Source of the DNA: an uncultured virus (IMG/VR IMGVR_UViG_3300010348_001898)
Taxonomy: Duplodnaviria > Heunggongvirae > Uroviricota > Caudoviricetes
Direction: 5' to 3' (one strand)
IMG/VR virus record: IMGVR_UViG_3300010348_001898
Coordinates: 56,686 to 76,685 of that record
Length of the DNA: 20,000 bases
Part shown: piece by piece, positions 16,186 through 20,000 of the stretch
Numbering within the stretch: the first letter of the stretch is position 1
Layout: each line of letters begins with the position of its first letter
Program-made: the position numbers and the translations under genes
The notes under the pieces: generated by a model
What the model was told of the DNA's origin: nothing
What the model saw: only the letters and a program-made list of their open reading frames with translations
The model's database searches: none

Positions 16186-18378
16186 ATGAAACCGGTTTTA
16201 ATAGTAGAAAATTCAACTAGTTCGTTAATAAGAGAAAGTGCTGTTGGACAAAAGGAGTACGTTCTTGGGGGTACATTTACTGAGTTTGGTGTAAAGAATC
16301 GTAATGAGAGAATTTACACTGCTGAGAGATTTATTCCTGCACTAGATGAGTTAAACGAAAGAATGAGCAGCTTAGGAGCTGTTTATGGTGAGTTCGATCA
16401 CCCAGATGTTTTTGATACTTCGTTATCAAGAGCATCACATATCATCACTAAAGCTCAATATATTCAAGAGAAGAATATTGTAGCAGGTGAGATAAAATTA
16501 CTTAGCACTTACTGGGGTAAAGAAGCTAAGGCATTAGTTGACGATGGTTGTCCTGTTTTTGTATCATCAAGAGCGGCTGGTATCACAGAATCAGATGGTT
16601 CAGTTTCCTTGAAAAAACTTTTTACATATGATATTGTTGCGGATCCAGGATTTGCATCAGCAAGAATGAATGTTAAAGTATTGAATGAATCATTAGGTTT
16701 TTGCCCAGAAGGACAAATTGAAAAAAATAACTTTAGGATATATGAAATGTCCGATGAGTCAAAAATAAATGAACTATTCAACATGAACAAAAATGAATTC
16801 GTTACGAAAAAGCAGTTAACTGATTATTCACATTATTTAGTTAACGAGATTGCTTCTACTAAGAAAGAAGTAAAAAATGCTATTTCTAAAGGAAACTTAA
16901 GCCCTAAGAAATTAGAGCAATTACTTGAGTACTATGAAGAGTTAAACTCTACAAACTCTCAAGTTGTTAAGTATTTAGATTATTTAGCAGAGAAAATTCA
17001 AGTTGTTGTTAATGAAAACAAATCATTAAAATCTACAACTGATAAATTAGCAAAACACAATGATTACTTAGCTGAGAATTTAGAAAAAGCAATTAACTAT
17101 TCTGAGTACTTAGCTGAAAACTTAGACAAAAACATCGAGTACTCTGAGTATTTAGCTGAGAATCTTGATAAAAACATTGCTTACTCTGAGTATATTGCTG
17201 AAAACTTAGACAAAAACATTACTTATTCTGAGTACTTAGCTGAAAACTTAGACAAAAATATCGAGTACTCTGAATATTTAGCTGAGAATCTTGATAAAAA
17301 CATTGAATATTCAGAATATTTAGCTGAAAACTTAGACAAGAATATTGCTTACTCTGAATACATTGCTGAAAACTTAGACAAAAACATTGCTTACTCTGAA
17401 TACATTGCTGAAAATGTAGATAACTCTATTGCTTATGCAGAATATTTAGCTGAACATGTTGAAGGTAACATTGCTTACTCTGAATACATTGCTGAACATT
17501 TAGATGATAACATTGCTTACTCTGAATACATTGCTGAATCATTAGATAAATCAATTTCTTACCAAGGTATGATTGTTGAAAAATTAAATGGTTCTAAAAT
17601 AAATGAGTCTTACGAAGAAGGTCACAATTTCCCAACTCTACAAGATGCTGGTTTTGAAGCTAATGAAGAAGAGGAAGAAGAAACTACTCACTCTTGGGCT
17701 CATGAAGAAGAGGAAGATGCTCACAACATGGAAGCTCACGAAGAAGAAGCTCATAATATGGAAGCTCACGAAATGGGTACACATAACGAAGAAGAAGAAG
17801 AAGAAGAAGAAGAAACTGCAGATTGCGGTCCTATGGCTATCACAGGAAACGACGATACTGAGTTATCTGAATCTATTAATAAATTAATTGAAGAAGCTAA
17901 AAAACGTAAAGTTAAAGTTTCTGAATCTACTGACATGAATTTCTTGAAATTCTTAAACAAGTCACAAGTAGATAGTTTTTATGCTTTATCCGATGAAGAA
18001 CAAGAAACTGTTAAACTTCACATAAACGAAAGAAGTTACTTCACACAGAAAGAAGTTCTTACATTGATCGCTGAAGCACTATCAACTAAAAACGAAACTC
18101 TTGAAGAAAGAGTAATCAGATTGATGCCTGAAAACGTTAAGCCAATCTGGGAACAGTTAAATGAGTCTGCTAAAAAATCTATCTTATCTCAAGCTAGATT
18201 ATATCCAGAAGACGTATTAAAAACTGAAAATCAAATTGAGCATTTCTGGTCAACTAGAAATCTTAAAAAGAATGAATCAGTAACTAAGAAGTTAGTTTCT
18301 CATCAAGCTTTAATACAAGAGGATAAATTATCAGATGTTGAAGCGAATGCAATCTTAGAAAGATTCAAAAATCTATAA
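16186..18378 (+). CDS. gp21: Prohead protease (T4 gp21-like) fused to a long scaffold/core domain (gp22-like)
   Basis: NRNERIY, GEFDHP (catalytic His), VSSRAAG (catalytic Ser) and DIVADPG in the first ~160 aa, followed by ~570 aa of coiled-coil and acidic sequence including YLDYLAE. Lies directly upstream of the MCP. Confidence 0.9.
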   Translation: MKPVLIVENSTSSLIRESAVGQKEYVLGGTFTEFGVKNRNERIYTAERFIPALDELNERMSSLGAVYGEFDHPDVFDTSLSRASHIITKAQYIQEKNIVAGEIKLLSTYWGKEAKALVDDGCPVFVSSRAAGITESDGSVSLKKLFTYDIVADPGFASARMNVKVLNESLGFCPEGQIEKNNFRIYEMSDESKINELFNMNKNEFVTKKQLTDYSHYLVNEIASTKKEVKNAISKGNLSPKKLEQLLEYYEELNSTNSQVVKYLDYLAEKIQVVVNENKSLKSTTDKLAKHNDYLAENLEKAINYSEYLAENLDKNIEYSEYLAENLDKNIAYSEYIAENLDKNITYSEYLAENLDKNIEYSEYLAENLDKNIEYSEYLAENLDKNIAYSEYIAENLDKNIAYSEYIAENVDNSIAYAEYLAEHVEGNIAYSEYIAEHLDDNIAYSEYIAESLDKSISYQGMIVEKLNGSKINESYEEGHNFPTLQDAGFEANEEEEEETTHSWAHEEEEDAHNMEAHEEEAHNMEAHEMGTHNEEEEEEEEETADCGPMAITGNDDTELSESINKLIEEAKKRKVKVSESTDMNFLKFLNKSQVDSFYALSDEEQETVKLHINERSYFTQKEVLTLIAEALSTKNETLEERVIRLMPENVKPIWEQLNESAKKSILSQARLYPEDVLKTENQIEHFWSTRNLKKNESVTKKLVSHQALIQEDKLSDVEANAILERFKNL
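17098..17559 (+). repeat. 11 tandem 42-bp coding repeats (14 aa, consensus YSEY(L/I)AENLDKNI(A/E))
   Basis: Counted in the translation: 11 in-register units, plus degenerate flanking units (HNDYLAENLEKAIN at 17056-17097 and YQGMIVEKLNGSKI after). Differences between units are largely synonymous. Confidence 0.95.
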
Positions 18379-18423
18379 AAAATCCATACTTGTAAAAAAC
18401 GAGTAATTTAAGCGATATATATA
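18376..18423 (+). promoter_or_regulatory. Putative strong late promoter: TAAAAAATCCA upstream box plus TATATATA core
   Basis: 11-mer at 18376-18386 and ATATATA at 18417-18423, followed by an A-rich leader without a Shine-Dalgarno sequence. Confidence 0.55.
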
Positions 18424-18452
18424 GATATAACAAAAAAAATAAAAATAAAACT

Positions 18453-20000
18453 ATGTCACACATTAGAATAGATAATCAAAAAGCCATGAAAAAATGGGCT
18501 CCTGTTTTAGAAAACATGGGTGTTTCAGGCGAAAGAGTTGAATGGATGTCAGAATATGCTGAGTTCCACTCAATTAACGAGAATGCGTATGTAAACGCTT
18601 CTAACGTAGCAGGTTTGGGTTCAGTTGTTGCTGCTCAACCATCAGGTTTACCTGGATCAACGATTGGTACTAACTGGTCATCAAACGGAGGAACTTTAGG
18701 TTCTGGGGATGTTGGTCAAAACTTATTACCAGTTGCAATGAAAATTGCTGCTCAAACAATCGGTTTAGATTTAGTAGCTGTTAAACCAACTTCTGGTCCA
18801 AAAATTGACTTACTTTACATCGATTTTCAATACGATGATACAAGATTAGGTGCACAAGATGAAAGACCTCAAGTATTCAAAGTTGTAGCTAATGCTGGTG
18901 TAACAACAGCTTTAACAGCGCTTTTAGCATCTAATAACATTACACAAACACAAGGTGGTTTAGCAGGTGGTAGATTATTTACATCAATAAACTCTTCTAA
19001 TACATATACTGCTGAGCAAGCTTCAAAAGCTGGTCTTTTAGAGTTCTTAGGTTTCTCTCGTATCGATGGTTACCCAATGTTTAGAGCTTACAGACAAGCT
19101 AATACAGCTCATACTGCTGTTGGTTCTGCTGGTACTCTTTGGGGATTTGATACAACAAGAAACACTTTCAACCCAACTGCATCTATGATTTCTCAAATTT
19201 CATTCTTAGGTGGTACTGTTTCAACAGTAACTGATATTCAATTAGTATCTGCATTGGAAGATCACATTCCTGGTTTCTCTGCAAACTGGTATAGTGCTAC
19301 TTCATCTGCTGCTGTTGGTTCATATCCAATGGAAAGAAGTTATGATGATGATACTTATGCAGGTGTTATCGGACCAAAAATCTCTTCTAAATCAGTTGCT
19401 GTTGGTACAATTGAAGTATCTTCTGCACTTAGAAGAACTGAAATCGAAGATATTAAAGCTAATACAGGTATGGATATCGTTCAAAAAATGGAATCTATCC
19501 TTGTTAATGAGTTATCTCAAACAATCTCTAAGCAAATTGTTGCTAAAATCTTTGAAATGGGTGAATTAAATAGACAATCTGCTCCTTTAGCTGGTTCTAC
19601 TTACTCTACTCAAATTGCAAATCAAACAATTTTTGATTTAGATACACAATATGCTACTTCAAACGGTCCAGGTGGTGAAACTACTCACGCTGTACAAAGA
19701 AAATTGATCACTAAAATTGCTCATGCTTCTAACTACATCGCAACAGAAGGACGTGTTGGTCCAGCTCAATACTTGATCACAAACGGGGGTCTTGCAGCAG
19801 CTCTTCAAGATATTGCAGGTTACACAATTAACCCAGTGAAGTCTAAAATGAACTCTCAAGGTCAATTATACCCAGTAGGTTCAATCGGGGATATCGCAAT
19901 TTATGTTGATCCATATATGAGATATAACGATAACAGAATCGTATTAGGTAGAAAAAATAATCCAGATCAACCAGGAATTATATTTGTTCCATATCTTATG
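18453..20000 (+). CDS. gp23: Major capsid protein, T4 gp23-like (3'-truncated by window edge; absent from ORF track)
   Basis: Open frame from ATG 18453: MSHIRIDNQKAMKKWAPVLE..., LDLVAVKPTSGP, EIEDIKANTGMDIVQKMESILVNELSQTISKQIV, SNYIATEGRVGPAQYLIT, IYVDPY, GIIFVPYLM. These parallel gp23 blocks. Confidence 0.93.
   Translation, partial: MSHIRIDNQKAMKKWAPVLENMGVSGERVEWMSEYAEFHSINENAYVNASNVAGLGSVVAAQPSGLPGSTIGTNWSSNGGTLGSGDVGQNLLPVAMKIAAQTIGLDLVAVKPTSGPKIDLLYIDFQYDDTRLGAQDERPQVFKVVANAGVTTALTALLASNNITQTQGGLAGGRLFTSINSSNTYTAEQASKAGLLEFLGFSRIDGYPMFRAYRQANTAHTAVGSAGTLWGFDTTRNTFNPTASMISQISFLGGTVSTVTDIQLVSALEDHIPGFSANWYSATSSAAVGSYPMERSYDDDTYAGVIGPKISSKSVAVGTIEVSSALRRTEIEDIKANTGMDIVQKMESILVNELSQTISKQIVAKIFEMGELNRQSAPLAGSTYSTQIANQTIFDLDTQYATSNGPGGETTHAVQRKLITKIAHASNYIATEGRVGPAQYLITNGGLAAALQDIAGYTINPVKSKMNSQGQLYPVGSIGDIAIYVDPYMRYNDNRIVLGRKNNPDQPGIIFVPYLM

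Noticed and set aside
17056..17559. Regularly spaced DNA repeats resembling a CRISPR array
   Set aside because: Units are contiguous 42-bp in-frame coding repeats with synonymous variation and no unique spacers, and no cas genes are present.
792..18423. TATATA motifs as eukaryotic/archaeal TATA boxes (giant virus or archaeal origin, also suggested by the RFC-like gene)
   Set aside because: Gene content is T4-like tailed phage with a gp55 sigma, bacterial RNase R and intrinsic terminators. The spacing to starts fits a -10 element rather than a TATA box at about -27.
16509..19865. ORFs 16509-16790(-), 17603-17887(+), 17766-17960(-), 19294-19569(+) and 19659-19865(-)
   Set aside because: Off-frame or antisense shadows of the protease/scaffold and major capsid genes. 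The poly-Lys and poly-Ser runs derive from GAA repeats encoding poly-Glu.
1..20000. Stop-codon reassignment (TAG/TGA recoding as in some large phages)
   Set aside because: Conserved genes are full length in code 11 and coding density is high. TAG (e.g. 1416, 8444, 9548) and TGA (13750, 15602) terminate genes at plausible ends.

Overview
AT-rich fragment of a large (probably jumbo) T4-related myophage genome in standard genetic code, covering a scrambled virion-morphogenesis region. Recognisable genes are T4-like gp25 (baseplate wedge), gp44-like clamp loader, gp15 (tail terminator), a very small gp55-like late sigma factor, gp4 (head-completion nuclease), gp2 (DNA end protector), gp20 (portal), a gp21 prohead protease fused to a repeat-containing scaffold, and the 5' 516 codons of the gp23 major capsid protein (not in the ORF track). 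Interspersed are three homing-endonuclease-like genes, an amidoligase, an isochorismatase-like hydrolase and a bacterial-type RNase R. The most notable non-annotated structure: (i) a recurring WATATATA late-promoter-like core before about 13 genes, five of them spaced so the mRNA would be leaderless; (ii) an identical 11-mer at the same offset upstream of that core for the two main head genes; (iii) 11 tandem 14-aa (42-bp) coiled-coil repeats in the scaffold, each carrying a protease-type site; (iv) capsid-targeting-like N-termini on two non-structural-looking proteins. All calls come from motif recognition by eye; no database searches were run.
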